Source: an archaeon
GTDB lineage: Archaea > Asgardarchaeota > Thorarchaeia > Thorarchaeales > Thorarchaeaceae
DNA: 64,000 nucleotides
NCBI GenBank assembly: GCA_024276825.1
Contig: JAJRWI010000079.1
Location: 32,001 to 96,000 of the forward strand
Direction of reading: 5' to 3'
Part shown: positions 9,713 to 19,179 of the stretch, piece after piece
Layout of the letters: every line of letters starts with the position of its first letter
Position numbering within the stretch: the first letter of the stretch is position 1
Notes under the pieces: model-generated
The model's input: only the letters and a program-made list of their open reading frames with translations
Database searches by the model: none
What the model was told of the DNA's origin: nothing
Program-made: the position numbers and the translations under genes

Positions 9713-10558
9713 ATGAGTGACAGACCAACATTTCTTACAGTGACCTATTCCGACTCTGGACTTACCACAATGGGTCATGAGAAGAAAATGATTCGCGAGA
9801 AGGATGTTAAGTTTGACAATGAAGACGGAATTCTCGAGTTGACAGATGTTCGTATTGTGTGGTATAAGAAGCCAAAGAAGAGTCGATTTGGCGGACTTGG
9901 AGGATTAGGCGCTGTTGCAGGAGCCATCGCAGGAGCTGTTGCTGCTGATGTTATCGGGTCAAGTATAGGAGGCATTGGAGGAAGAGCAATAAGGCGTGCA
10001 GGTCATGCTATGGCCAATGCCGCTATTGGCGCAGCTGTCTATTCATGGACTGCAGAACAATTCTACAACAAGGGACCAAACGGCGAAACTGAAAGTCTGG
10101 CAGTCCCACTGATTGCCATAAGTAATGCGCAGCAGAGCGGCAAGAACCTAGTGATTGAGCTTGCATCTGGTGGAACCATGATTTTCAGCTTCAAACAGCC
10201 AAAGGTCATTCCTGCATTGATTGCAAACATCAGGTCAGCTCAAGATGAGGGTAAGTGTCCATATTGTGGTGCCAGTGCAAAGAACGCTGCACAATGTCCA
10301 AATTGTGGGGCCCAGCTTGGTGGTTCAGGTGTCATTGATGCACCATCTGAAAGTCCAGTAGGGGACATGCCAACAGGCTCTGTTCATATCACTGTACATG
10401 AGGAAGGCGGCGTTAGAAAAGCCACAGTACGAAGTGCTGATGGTGAGATGCATGTTGAGGTCCATGAGGGCAGTGGGAGTTTCTACTGTCCAAATTGTGG
10501 ACAGCAATTAGCAGCTGGTTCTAGATTCTGCAATAAGTGTGGATACAAGGTCGCATAA
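9713..10558 (+). CDS. Zinc-ribbon protein with PH-like N-terminal region and Gly/Ala-rich insert
   Basis: Two CxxC...CxxC ribbons (CPYCG..CPNCG; CPNCG..CNKCG) and a GILELTDVRIVW PH-like strand motif; GGTGA SD before ATG 9713. Confidence 0.7.
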   Translation: MSDRPTFLTVTYSDSGLTTMGHEKKMIREKDVKFDNEDGILELTDVRIVWYKKPKKSRFGGLGGLGAVAGAIAGAVAADVIGSSIGGIGGRAIRRAGHAMANAAIGAAVYSWTAEQFYNKGPNGETESLAVPLIAISNAQQSGKNLVIELASGGTMIFSFKQPKVIPALIANIRSAQDEGKCPYCGASAKNAAQCPNCGAQLGGSGVIDAPSESPVGDMPTGSVHITVHEEGGVRKATVRSADGEMHVEVHEGSGSFYCPNCGQQLAAGSRFCNKCGYKVA

Positions 10559-10564
10559 GCAAGA

Positions 10565-10586
10565 GAGGTGGATGTAACTCCACCTC
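10565..10586. terminator. Hairpin between convergent genes
   Basis: GAGGTGGA-tgtaac-TCCACCTC. Confidence 0.55.
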
Positions 10587-10596
10587 ATTCTATTCT

Positions 10597-11160
10597 TTAG
10601 AACTCAATACCGCGTCGGGCAAGAATCTTTTTTGACCCAAAATAGTGTTTCACCTCACGCATCTCAGTTACAAGGTCAGCGGCATCAATCACTTCTTGAC
10701 GAGCATATCGTCCCGTCATTACTAGTTCCACATCGTCAGGTTTCATCTCTATCAGCCCTAGCTGGTCCTCCAAGGATATCAGGTTCCACTCAACTGCGAC
10801 ATTGATCTCATCAAGTATCAGCAGGTCGCATTCATGTTCCTTCAAGGCATCTTGGGCCATCCTCAGACCATTTTGGGCCATTTTGATGTCAACAGGGTCA
10901 GGGTTCTCTTTGTCAACAAAGGACTGGCGGCCAACAGGGATAATTGTGAAGTTCGAAATCTTATCGGCTGATGCAAACTCGCCATAGTTCACCTCAACCC
11001 CATCTCCGCGTTCAGCCACCTTTGCCTTCATGAAACAAATCATCAAGACTTTCAGTCCATGACCTGCTGCTCTGAATCCAAGGCCTAGAGCGCATGTCGT
11101 CTTGCCCTTCCCATTTCCAGTATAGATATGGACCTGTCCCTTGATCTCTGGCTTCTTCAT
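10597..11160 (-). CDS. cobO: cob(I)yrinic acid a,c-diamide / corrinoid adenosyltransferase (CobA/BtuR/CobO)
   Basis: HIYTGNGKGKTT, LILDEINVA, ELVMTGRYA, ADLVTEMREVKHY...ARRGIEF. Confidence 0.95.
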   Translation of the reverse strand: MKKPEIKGQVHIYTGNGKGKTTCALGLGFRAAGHGLKVLMICFMKAKVAERGDGVEVNYGEFASADKISNFTIIPVGRQSFVDKENPDPVDIKMAQNGLRMAQDALKEHECDLLILDEINVAVEWNLISLEDQLGLIEMKPDDVELVMTGRYARQEVIDAADLVTEMREVKHYFGSKKILARRGIEF

Positions 11161-11169
11161 TTGGATTCC

Positions 11170-11787
11170 TCATTCATGGAGTAGTCTTAGAACAAGTGCC
11201 ATGCGTTCTCCCAGCTTGCGGCTTCCTCGAATTGCAAGTTCATCCTTTTTGGCCGAACGCCAACCTCCCTCATCAGTCTGAAGACTACCAGAACCAAATG
11301 TTCCATCCTTAACAGGGTTTCCAAGAGAACCAATCACAATCATACCATGGGCTATTGCATAACGGTTGAGCAGATCAATCACAGGTTCTTGGCCACCATA
11401 CCTGAGCCCTGCATATGTTATGGCGCCGAAGACTTTGTTCTTCAGTTGATGATCTTGCATCTTCATTGGCCGCGAGCGGTCCATGAAGTTCTTAAGTACG
11501 CCTGGCACCGAGGTGAAATAGGAAGGTGCAGCAATGATTATCCCATCAGCCTTGCGGAGTTGCTCTTCAATATCAGGCATATCATCAGACTCGCTCTCGG
11601 GACAAGGATTGCTTCTTACGCAGGCATCACATCCAGTACAGGGGCGAATCTCATGGTCAGATATATTCAACAAGACTGTTGAGATGTTCTGGTCAAATGA
11701 TGAAGCTGCATCAAGAGCCTGCTCAAGAAGAAAGCGTGTGCTTGAACGTTCACTCTTAGGAGACCCACAAATTCCAACGATTAACAT
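11170..11787 (-). CDS. Iron-sulfur flavoprotein / multimeric flavodoxin (Isf-like)
   Basis: GICGSP, CTGCDAC-x5-C, ADGIIIAAPSYF, LKNFMDR. Confidence 0.9.
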   Translation of the reverse strand: MLIVGICGSPKSERSSTRFLLEQALDAASSFDQNISTVLLNISDHEIRPCTGCDACVRSNPCPESESDDMPDIEEQLRKADGIIIAAPSYFTSVPGVLKNFMDRSRPMKMQDHQLKNKVFGAITYAGLRYGGQEPVIDLLNRYAIAHGMIVIGSLGNPVKDGTFGSGSLQTDEGGWRSAKKDELAIRGSRKLGERMALVLRLLHE

Positions 11788-11818
11788 AATGACTCACAAT
11801 ACAATCGGAGTTAATATG

Positions 11819-12577
11819 TCATTTAGCACTTTTGTCCGACTCGTCAATTACCTTCAATAGCTTATGTGCAATGTCTCCAGCCATTGTAGCTGCCTTGATT
11901 GTGCTTCCTTCGGGGTAAGGAGTGACGATGACTGTTAGGGGGCCAGCACGAAAGATCTGATGACTGTATCTTCGAATCTTCAAGGTCTTAGGAATCATGT
12001 CAACATCGCTCCCAAAGATGCCTTTGTACAACTCACGAACTATCTCTTCAAGTAGTGTTTCGGGAAAGTTCCCGCTGACCATCTCATTTCTCATATCGAG
12101 AATTCCAACATATGCAATGTTTGGGTCTTCCAATGTCCTATTGACGAGTGATTCGGCAACTTGCAAGACCCTTTCAGAAGGGGGACTCAGGTCCATGGTC
12201 ACATGTTTGATGAATAATGTGTCCACACCAACAATCTCACCCAGATCACCATCCCATGAGCTGATAATCTTGCCAATCATCAGGGCAATGGAATGGCCCA
12301 ATGCAATCATTCGAGTTGTGAGCATTGCCTGATTCTCATCCTCTGTCACCAGAAAGACAATCACAAATGATTCAAAGAACATATAGGCCCAGACAGTGTC
12401 ATGATATGTGTGCGTGTAGACTTGCTCCAGTTTTGTACTCTTTGAAGAGCTCAATAATGCTATTGCAGCCTGAACATAGGGGGGCAGTGATGGAGAGTCA
12501 TCTCCGAGGGAGGGATCAAATGACTTTGAGAATAAGACATCCCCATTCCTCTTTGTGAGGTATGCTCTGAGAATCAC
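11819..12577 (-). CDS. Longin-like + roadblock/profilin-like domain protein
   Basis: Longin-type N-terminus ILRAYLTKRNGDVLFSKSF. The C-terminal alpha-beta-beta...alpha unit IAYVGILD....VSG resembles roadblock/profilin folds. Confidence 0.55.
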   Translation of the reverse strand: MILRAYLTKRNGDVLFSKSFDPSLGDDSPSLPPYVQAAIALLSSSKSTKLEQVYTHTYHDTVWAYMFFESFVIVFLVTEDENQAMLTTRMIALGHSIALMIGKIISSWDGDLGEIVGVDTLFIKHVTMDLSPPSERVLQVAESLVNRTLEDPNIAYVGILDMRNEMVSGNFPETLLEEIVRELYKGIFGSDVDMIPKTLKIRRYSHQIFRAGPLTVIVTPYPEGSTIKAATMAGDIAHKLLKVIDESDKSAK

Positions 12578-12703
12578 TTCTTGTCCCCACTTCCATTACT
12601 CAACAAGTCATGCTGACTTAAGCATTGCTTGCATGCATCGCTTTTTCATGGATATGATGCTTTTTTATAGTAACTATTCAAGAAAGGATTTGTGGACATT
12701 ATG

Positions 12704-13003
12704 CCCAGAAGAAAGGAACGCATTAACAGGAATCGATATGATATTTATGCGGAGATCATCAGAGTTGTTCATATATGGGGATACTGTCCATTGACTCGGG
12801 TGGCCAGATCCACGAACCTCCCCGTGGACAGGGCTAAAGACTCGATAGCACTTCTTGTAAAGAAAGGACTGTTAGATGAAGATGAGGAAGAGGGTAGACG
12901 AGTCTACAAGGTCACTGTCCTTGGACATCAATACTTTGAGCTATATAAGAGAATGGCATCACTAGTAGGCATGCCGATGCCCGACCCGATTATAGGAATG
13001 TGA
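12704..13003 (+). CDS. Archaeal winged-helix DNA-binding protein (HTH_45-like)
   Basis: RNRYDIYAEII...TRVARSTNL...LVKKGLL....YKVTVLG. Confidence 0.85.
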   Translation, partial: PRRKERINRNRYDIYAEIIRVVHIWGYCPLTRVARSTNLPVDRAKDSIALLVKKGLLDEDEEEGRRVYKVTVLGHQYFELYKRMASLVGMPMPDPIIGM

Positions 13004-13078
13004 GTAACAATTTGTGACTCCAATTTGTGCTTCTGCTTTATATTACGATAAATTAAAGGTAGTATAGAGGTATAGACA

Positions 13079-14314
13079 ATGACAAGAGTGTTTGAGAAAC
13101 AGGACAAAATAATAATCGGCGTCATTGAGGACGACATTCGAATAAGCAAGTGTGAGCATGTTATTCCCGAAGATGGGACAGATATCATAATTCATGGAAA
13201 CCTTGAGATCAAGGGTGATGTGATATTTGAAGGAACCTTACGAGTTCAGGGTATCACAGGGAAAGCAAAGCACGTGATTGTTGAGGGTGATCTATTTGTG
13301 GAGAATAGTTGCTCCATAGACAAATGTGCTTTGGAAGTTCATGGTCATGCAGAGGCTATCAAGTTCAAAATCGGCTCATCCCTTGTTGTAGACCGGGATC
13401 TAAAATGCTCAACAGCAAGGGCCGGTTCAAAAATAGTTATTGCAGGTAACGCTCAAGCAGACAGTCTGGCAGCTGGCGGTTCGATAGCAATTAAGGGATC
13501 AACAGATGTTGACAGAATGTCAGTAGGAGGGTCCGTTAGACTTCATGGCAAAGTAAACATGGAAAGGTTATCAGTCGGAGGATCTGGAGAAGTCAGAACG
13601 GGTAGGATTGGCAAGGTCTCCATCGGCGGCAGCTTCAAATCAATTGCCGCTGTTGAGGTTGAAGAGATAAGTGTGGGTGGTTCTGTGAGAGTTGGCGAGA
13701 ATTCCAAAATTGAGAGTATTGATGTTGGAGGTTCTTTCAAATCTGAGGGGGGTCTGACCTTTGGAACAATTGATGTTGGGGGTTCTGTCAAGGTCAGCGG
13801 AGATGCAACGGGTGAATCCATTGATGTTGGCGGGAAGCTTGTGGTTGATGGCAACCTTACAATGACTGGCAGCCTTGAAGTTGGTGGGAAAGTCGACGTG
13901 GGTGCAGACCTTAATGTTGATAGGAAGATCAGTGTGGGAGGAACATTGATTGTGGGTGGCACAATTAATGCAGCTAGAATGGCTGTGGGCGGTTCCATTG
14001 AAGCATCGTATATTAGGGTCTCTGACCTCTTTAGAATAGGCAAGAAGGGTTCAGTAGTTGGTTTTGTTGAAGCGGGTGATATTGTGATTCGCGAGAGAGC
14101 AGAAGCTGAATCACTATACGGTGTGAGGATACGCCTTGAAGAGAAATCACGAGTGAAAAATGTCTATGGCAAGAATATCTACATTGAACGAGATGCGCGA
14201 GTCATGGGTCAGATTATATATGCAGATGATATAGTAATTGAAGAGGGGGCAAGGATCAGCTCAGAACCGCTGAAGGTGGAGGAGCTGCCTCCACCTGATG
14301 AGTGTAAGAAGTAA
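13079..14314 (+). CDS. Bactofilin-like (polymer-forming cytoskeletal) beta-helix repeat protein
   Basis: Many tandem (S/D)VGGSxxxxG repeats and a C-terminal IYIERDARVMGQIIYADDIVIEEGARI typical of YhbE/F-like proteins. Confidence 0.75.
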   Translation: MTRVFEKQDKIIIGVIEDDIRISKCEHVIPEDGTDIIIHGNLEIKGDVIFEGTLRVQGITGKAKHVIVEGDLFVENSCSIDKCALEVHGHAEAIKFKIGSSLVVDRDLKCSTARAGSKIVIAGNAQADSLAAGGSIAIKGSTDVDRMSVGGSVRLHGKVNMERLSVGGSGEVRTGRIGKVSIGGSFKSIAAVEVEEISVGGSVRVGENSKIESIDVGGSFKSEGGLTFGTIDVGGSVKVSGDATGESIDVGGKLVVDGNLTMTGSLEVGGKVDVGADLNVDRKISVGGTLIVGGTINAARMAVGGSIEASYIRVSDLFRIGKKGSVVGFVEAGDIVIRERAEAESLYGVRIRLEEKSRVKNVYGKNIYIERDARVMGQIIYADDIVIEEGARISSEPLKVEELPPPDECKK

Positions 14315-14610
14315 GATTCAGAGTAGTCCATCTATCAAATTCATTAATTAATAGTGGTCCCATATGAGAATAGAGTGGATTCAGCAGTAGACTTCAGACT
14401 CACTGTTGAAACATCTAATTCTATTGACTCTTTAAAAAAAAAGTTATCTTCCAACACACTTCAACTGGTTCAGTCTTTTGATGTTGTGCAGAGCCACTAT
14501 AATCAAGAACTCTCTCCCAGGTTATCTATGCTCTCCTGAAGTCGGCCCGCCTCTAAGCCTCACCATTATTATCTCAGATTTGGTTTCCCCAAGACTTCAC
14601 GTCCATATTC

Positions 14611-14841
14611 GTGGGTTGCGCGTAGATGCGTAGAGGTCAGACAAAGTTGGACACCAATCAAAGAATCATCTAAATGATACTCTATGAAATTGTGGGGGGC
14701 CTAAATAGTATCGTGGGAAACAATGGTCTGAAATTTGTCCAATGCCGTTCCTGGAAGGACAGGACTTTAATGTCCAAGACTGTCCAATTTACAATGAACG
14801 GCAATAGAAGATAAGACAACGAAGCAATAATGAGAATCAAA
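14611..14841 (+). repeat. Dispersed intergenic repeat, copy 2 (full; structured 3' half)
   Basis: Shares its 5' half with 6915-7006 and both halves with 26019-26225; TGCCGTTC...GAACGGCA stem. Confidence 0.85.
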
Positions 14842-15019
14842 TTAAAATTATTAAATAAACATAGTTACTTTTCACCAATGTTATGCTGCATTTTGCAGTT
14901 TCTAAAGCATCACCTAATTCCTACACCTCTAATACTTGCAAACATTATTTTGAATTTCAGCCATATAATGAAATAAAGACATATATTCTTCATTATACTT
15001 TGCTTTCAACATTAGCCAG

Positions 15020-17350
15020 TTAATGTTTGATGTTCCGCCTTCTTAGATACACAACAGTGATCACAATAAAACCTCCCGAAAATATACCAATAGCCATAAT
15101 GAATGCTTCACTGTTGGAAGGAGTTGTTGTGCTGGGTAAAGTGTTTGTTTCACTAGTCGTTGGAGTTGCGGTGGGTGAGGGAGTCGTAATTGTTGGAAGA
15201 ATAGTGGTTGTGGCAGTAGTTTCATTAACTTCTGCAATTGTGGGTATATGAGGGAAGATATTAATTGAGTAGTTTGGTTGAGGAGGACTCTGAGATATCA
15301 GGAGAAGACGGGTGCCGTTGATGACCACATCTATTGGAAATGACAACACACCATTATCCGAGTGAAAGCTTCCCAATGATAAGTTGGCATCCAAAGAATG
15401 AACCCAGTATTCACCATCACTCAGGTTAAACTTTCTCAGGTCAACTGTATAATTAAGAAACCTTGATTCATTTCTTAGGTTGCATATTCCAGCTATCAAT
15501 GTACCATCATCTACAAGACCCTGAGTAATGATCATATTCTCTGTTGACTCTGTAGATATCGAATTTGTGATGTTGAGAAACTTAGCGAATCTTCGAACTA
15601 TGACCTGGCCCAGATCCCAAAGATCAGTCTCATTATACAGGTCGTAGTTTTCCCATTCAGTGTTGGGCACTGTTGATGAGTGCAAAGCGCCCCAATAAAG
15701 CATCCACCCGCTTGATGGTTCTGATTTGTTATGATAGAGGATCAATGGATATCCATCAACGAGATGACTTGTATTGTTCTCATCGATCCAATAGAAATCT
15801 CCAATTGGATAATAGTCATAAGTCAGATTGTCGAACTGCAGCATGTAGCTCTGATGAAACGGGGCATCATACTCTAGGGCAAGACCCAAGATATTTGAAC
15901 CATCAATTGAAATATTGAGATGTTTCGATATAAAAGACTGAGTCGCATTTACCTCAATGTCATATTTGGAAATGGCTCCATCAGGACTCGATCCTTCGCC
16001 GATGCCCTTTAGGAATAGAAGATTTCCCCCATTTGCTACATATTCATTCAGCTTGTTAATGGTTTCATTGTAGTACCAGCCATCAGTCACTAATACAAGG
16101 GAGTAGTTGGACATATCAATATCAGTCATAGCAAAACAACGTTGGTTGACTAGATCATACTCGGTGAATAAATCATACATGGCCACATTTGGCATTGGCT
16201 CGTCAGTATCAAATCCATTTCCAATTATTAACACTTCAGGTTTCGGAGTGAGTACTGGAAGTTTTGCCAATTGACCTGCAAGATCATTCACATATCTCCA
16301 GAGCCTCTTGCCCATGATGTCTTCTCTGACATGACCAAAAGCCCAATAATAGCTATCATTGTTGACAGGTGCCCAGTCAAAATAGCCCAGCACATCCACT
16401 CCAGACAGATATGAGACCCAAGTCTCCTGACGCATCTGCTCATAGCTGCCCTCATGGTATCGCAGTCCATCACCTGCATCATTGATAAAGTCCCAAATCG
16501 TGCCCCAAATGACCATTTGAAACTCTCTGTCAGGAAGAGTCGTTTTATATCTGCGAGTAGTTTCATACAACAACCAAGGATCATCCTTTGCATAATAGCA
16601 GTCCATGATTTGACCTTCGCCATTTAATTCATAGGGGGCACATAGTTCATCAGACATGCCCCAGACAGGGGGCATCATTGTATATTGGTATATACGTATA
16701 TTTGGAATAATAGATTTTAAATAATCATAAATGAAGTTGTAGGTCCACACGGTCTTCTCATTGAGCCATTCAGTAAAGGACCAGTATTCAGTGAGATTGC
16801 ATTCATATATGGGTTTGAGGTAGAACCCAGTTTCTGAATGATATGTGCTGTTATATTTAGCAATATCGTCTGACACATTTGAGTAGATGTCATTAATCCT
16901 AGTCCATGCAGGCTCTTCATCGCCAATTATGATCCCATAGAGTGAATCGGTGTTCACAGTTCCTGCAGGTTCACTGTCAGGAGGAAAGAAACTTGGAGGA
17001 GTTCCATAAATATTGTAATTAACAAGCTCTTTCAGCCAATTTTGAACAGTTTCATTGTAATAGACATCTAGTGGATTTGATACCTCATCACACCACCATA
17101 AGACTGTCTGAATAATCTTAACACCTGCATTGGCCATTAAGTCAATATATTCAGCATCCAATTCACTGACCTGTCCTGAAAAGCCCCAGTAGGTAAAATT
17201 GCCAATTATTAGATGATCCTGCCAAAACAGGCCACCATGACTCGTACTTATTGCTTGGGCCGGAGCAGGGTGATACGATAGAACAAGTAAAATGATGACC
17301 ATCATCGAAAACAACTGACGAAAGGCAAGATTGCATTGCATAAAATCCAC
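15020..17350 (-). CDS. Secreted, C-terminally anchored glycoside-hydrolase-like protein (GH-A barrel + GATase-like + beta domain)
   Basis: Signal peptide ending APAQA, IIGDEEP motif, YSLVLV...LNEYVANGGNLL GH42-like middle domain, Thr-rich linker, TM helix + RRR tail, many NxS/T sequons. Confidence 0.6.
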   Translation of the reverse strand: MDFMQCNLAFRQLFSMMVIILLVLSYHPAPAQAISTSHGGLFWQDHLIIGNFTYWGFSGQVSELDAEYIDLMANAGVKIIQTVLWWCDEVSNPLDVYYNETVQNWLKELVNYNIYGTPPSFFPPDSEPAGTVNTDSLYGIIIGDEEPAWTRINDIYSNVSDDIAKYNSTYHSETGFYLKPIYECNLTEYWSFTEWLNEKTVWTYNFIYDYLKSIIPNIRIYQYTMMPPVWGMSDELCAPYELNGEGQIMDCYYAKDDPWLLYETTRRYKTTLPDREFQMVIWGTIWDFINDAGDGLRYHEGSYEQMRQETWVSYLSGVDVLGYFDWAPVNNDSYYWAFGHVREDIMGKRLWRYVNDLAGQLAKLPVLTPKPEVLIIGNGFDTDEPMPNVAMYDLFTEYDLVNQRCFAMTDIDMSNYSLVLVTDGWYYNETINKLNEYVANGGNLLFLKGIGEGSSPDGAISKYDIEVNATQSFISKHLNISIDGSNILGLALEYDAPFHQSYMLQFDNLTYDYYPIGDFYWIDENNTSHLVDGYPLILYHNKSEPSSGWMLYWGALHSSTVPNTEWENYDLYNETDLWDLGQVIVRRFAKFLNITNSISTESTENMIITQGLVDDGTLIAGICNLRNESRFLNYTVDLRKFNLSDGEYWVHSLDANLSLGSFHSDNGVLSFPIDVVINGTRLLLISQSPPQPNYSINIFPHIPTIAEVNETTATTTILPTITTPSPTATPTTSETNTLPSTTTPSNSEAFIMAIGIFSGGFIVITVVYLRRRNIKH

Positions 17351-17374
17351 AAACTACATAGGAAAGAGAGAGAT

Positions 17375-17575
17375 TTACATTTTTTGGGAGGCAGTGGTAT
17401 CATAGGTAATGACCCAATAAGTGCCATTACAAAGACCAAATCCATTCAGACTAACAGAGTAGTTATGATGTTGTGATTTGTTTCTGAAATTGCAGACTCT
17501 CGCCATAAGAAGTTCATCACCAACAGTACCTTGAATATAATTTTGTATGACTCCACTTTGGACTACATTTGACAA
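17375..17575 (-). pseudogene. Fragment of a paralogue of the 15020-17350 gene
   Basis: IQGTVGDELLMARVCNFRNKSQHHNYSVSLNGFGLCNGTYWV aligns with TQGLVDDGTLIAGICNLRNESRFLNYTVDLRKFNLSDGEYWV. Confidence 0.75.
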
Positions 17576-17581
17576 TAAGGG

Positions 17582-18817
17582 TCAAAATCCGGGAATCTTC
17601 CACTGGCGAATACAATTAATGACCATATCAGGTGTGAAAGCTATTACATCGTCATAATCCTGGGCATTTTTACTTACAACCACTCGGGTCCTGATGTCGT
17701 CAGTCTTGGTCAAGAAGTTTGATATCTCGGTTTTATTAATCATGCCATGTTTCACTTCCACAGCAACAGCTGGTCGTCCTTTATGATCCACGAGAATACC
17801 ATCGATTTCAGGACTTGTTGAGTATATCACATATTTGTCAAGAATTCTTGCCAACAGACCGACTATGAAATCTTCATAACAGAGAGAATGAATTCTTGTC
17901 AAGTTTTTCTTTGCTGTTGCAAAAGATGGAGGGTTGTACTCGAGAGGATATTTATCAGATATGTAATAGAATACTGAAAAGATTGGCGATAACATTCGAT
18001 ATATGACCCCCTTGCGCTTGTAGAGTTTTAATTCCTTCAGAATTCCCATTCTTTGTAAATTACGAATATATGGTGCTATTGCCGAACTTGAGTTATGCTT
18101 GATAATCCCACGTGCATAAAGTAAAGATGCAATTTCTGGGGGTCTACCACGACCAGCTCCTATGCTTCTTGTAATTCCTTCATAAATAGCTGTGAGTTTT
18201 CGGTTCTCTTCAATAAAGACCTCTCCAACGAGTGATGGAATTGTCCAAGTAGCATGTGCAACAATGTTATACAAGTCACGAAGTATTGACTTACCACTCA
18301 TTAGTGGAATCAGCCATGGATCCCGAAGATAGACCATATAGTCAAGAAAAGATCCTGAACCTGCAAACTTGACCAAGTTGCGAGGGTGTATTAGTCCAAT
18401 TCGGACTTCCTTAACTAGACCCAGAAATGGAGAGCTTGTCCCTGTTATACTCTTAACCACTCCCATATTGGAGCCAGACAAGATTAATGTCCCAGAAGGA
18501 TGTGCAGTTGTTAGTTTTTCAATTGCTCCGTTTGGAAGCCGTTGAAATTCATCCAATATGACGGTTTTTCCGGTCCTCAGCGATTTTGAGATAAATTGGA
18601 CAAGTTCGTTAATATCTGGTAATCGATTGACCTCACCGCCATCAAGCCAAAAATTGCCATCTCTTGCTACTGTGATGTAATAGTCCCATTTACAGAAATT
18701 ACGGAGCATGAAAGTTTTGCCTATCTTGCGTCGTCCATAAACAAGAGTCCAGCTATTGCCAAGGCTGCTGGCTTCACTTCGATGAACTACAATATCAATT
18801 CCATAGAATTGACACAA
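17582..18817 (-). CDS. Archaeal ATPase (ATPase_2 type) with wHTH and DUF234/PD-(D/E)xK C-terminal domain
   Basis: Walker A VYGRRKIGKT, Walker B VILDEFQRL, LILSGS, and C-terminal EIDGIL...VAVEVK. Confidence 0.88.
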   Translation of the reverse strand: MCQFYGIDIVVHRSEASSLGNSWTLVYGRRKIGKTFMLRNFCKWDYYITVARDGNFWLDGGEVNRLPDINELVQFISKSLRTGKTVILDEFQRLPNGAIEKLTTAHPSGTLILSGSNMGVVKSITGTSSPFLGLVKEVRIGLIHPRNLVKFAGSGSFLDYMVYLRDPWLIPLMSGKSILRDLYNIVAHATWTIPSLVGEVFIEENRKLTAIYEGITRSIGAGRGRPPEIASLLYARGIIKHNSSSAIAPYIRNLQRMGILKELKLYKRKGVIYRMLSPIFSVFYYISDKYPLEYNPPSFATAKKNLTRIHSLCYEDFIVGLLARILDKYVIYSTSPEIDGILVDHKGRPAVAVEVKHGMINKTEISNFLTKTDDIRTRVVVSKNAQDYDDVIAFTPDMVINCIRQWKIPGF

Positions 18818-18830
18818 GCTGAAATAAACT

Positions 18831-18870
18831 TAACTGCAGTTAGTTAATCGCGGTTAGTTAATAGTGGTTA
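18831..18870. promoter_or_regulatory. Three tandem 12-bp imperfect palindromes, 14-bp period
   Basis: TAACTGCAGTTA-gt-TAATCGCGGTTA-gt-TAATAGTGGTTA immediately upstream of the ATPase start. Confidence 0.7.
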
Positions 18871-19179
18871 ATAATTCGACCAGAAGCATTGGTAGTAATT
18901 GCACTTCAAGAACGGGACGTTTCATTATGCCTCATTGAATTTATGGGATTAATATCCAATTTCAATTGAAAAATAGCTCATCAGCTCTTTTGAGTCTATG
19001 CTACTCTTCAATAGTGATGATTGATGTTTAAAACCAATCTTGAACTTGGACCACCAATGTTTCTAGAGAAACTTGTTCTCATTATTCAGAAATAAGTGAT
19101 GCAATGACTCCTTCGAAGCCTTTATCAAATACTATTCAGGGAGAGCCACAAGCTTGGTCAACGACAGGCGGCTATTATA

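Noticed and set aside
14354-14539. 61-aa ORF
   Set aside because: No motif or SD; lies in degenerate intergenic DNA beside repeat copy 2.
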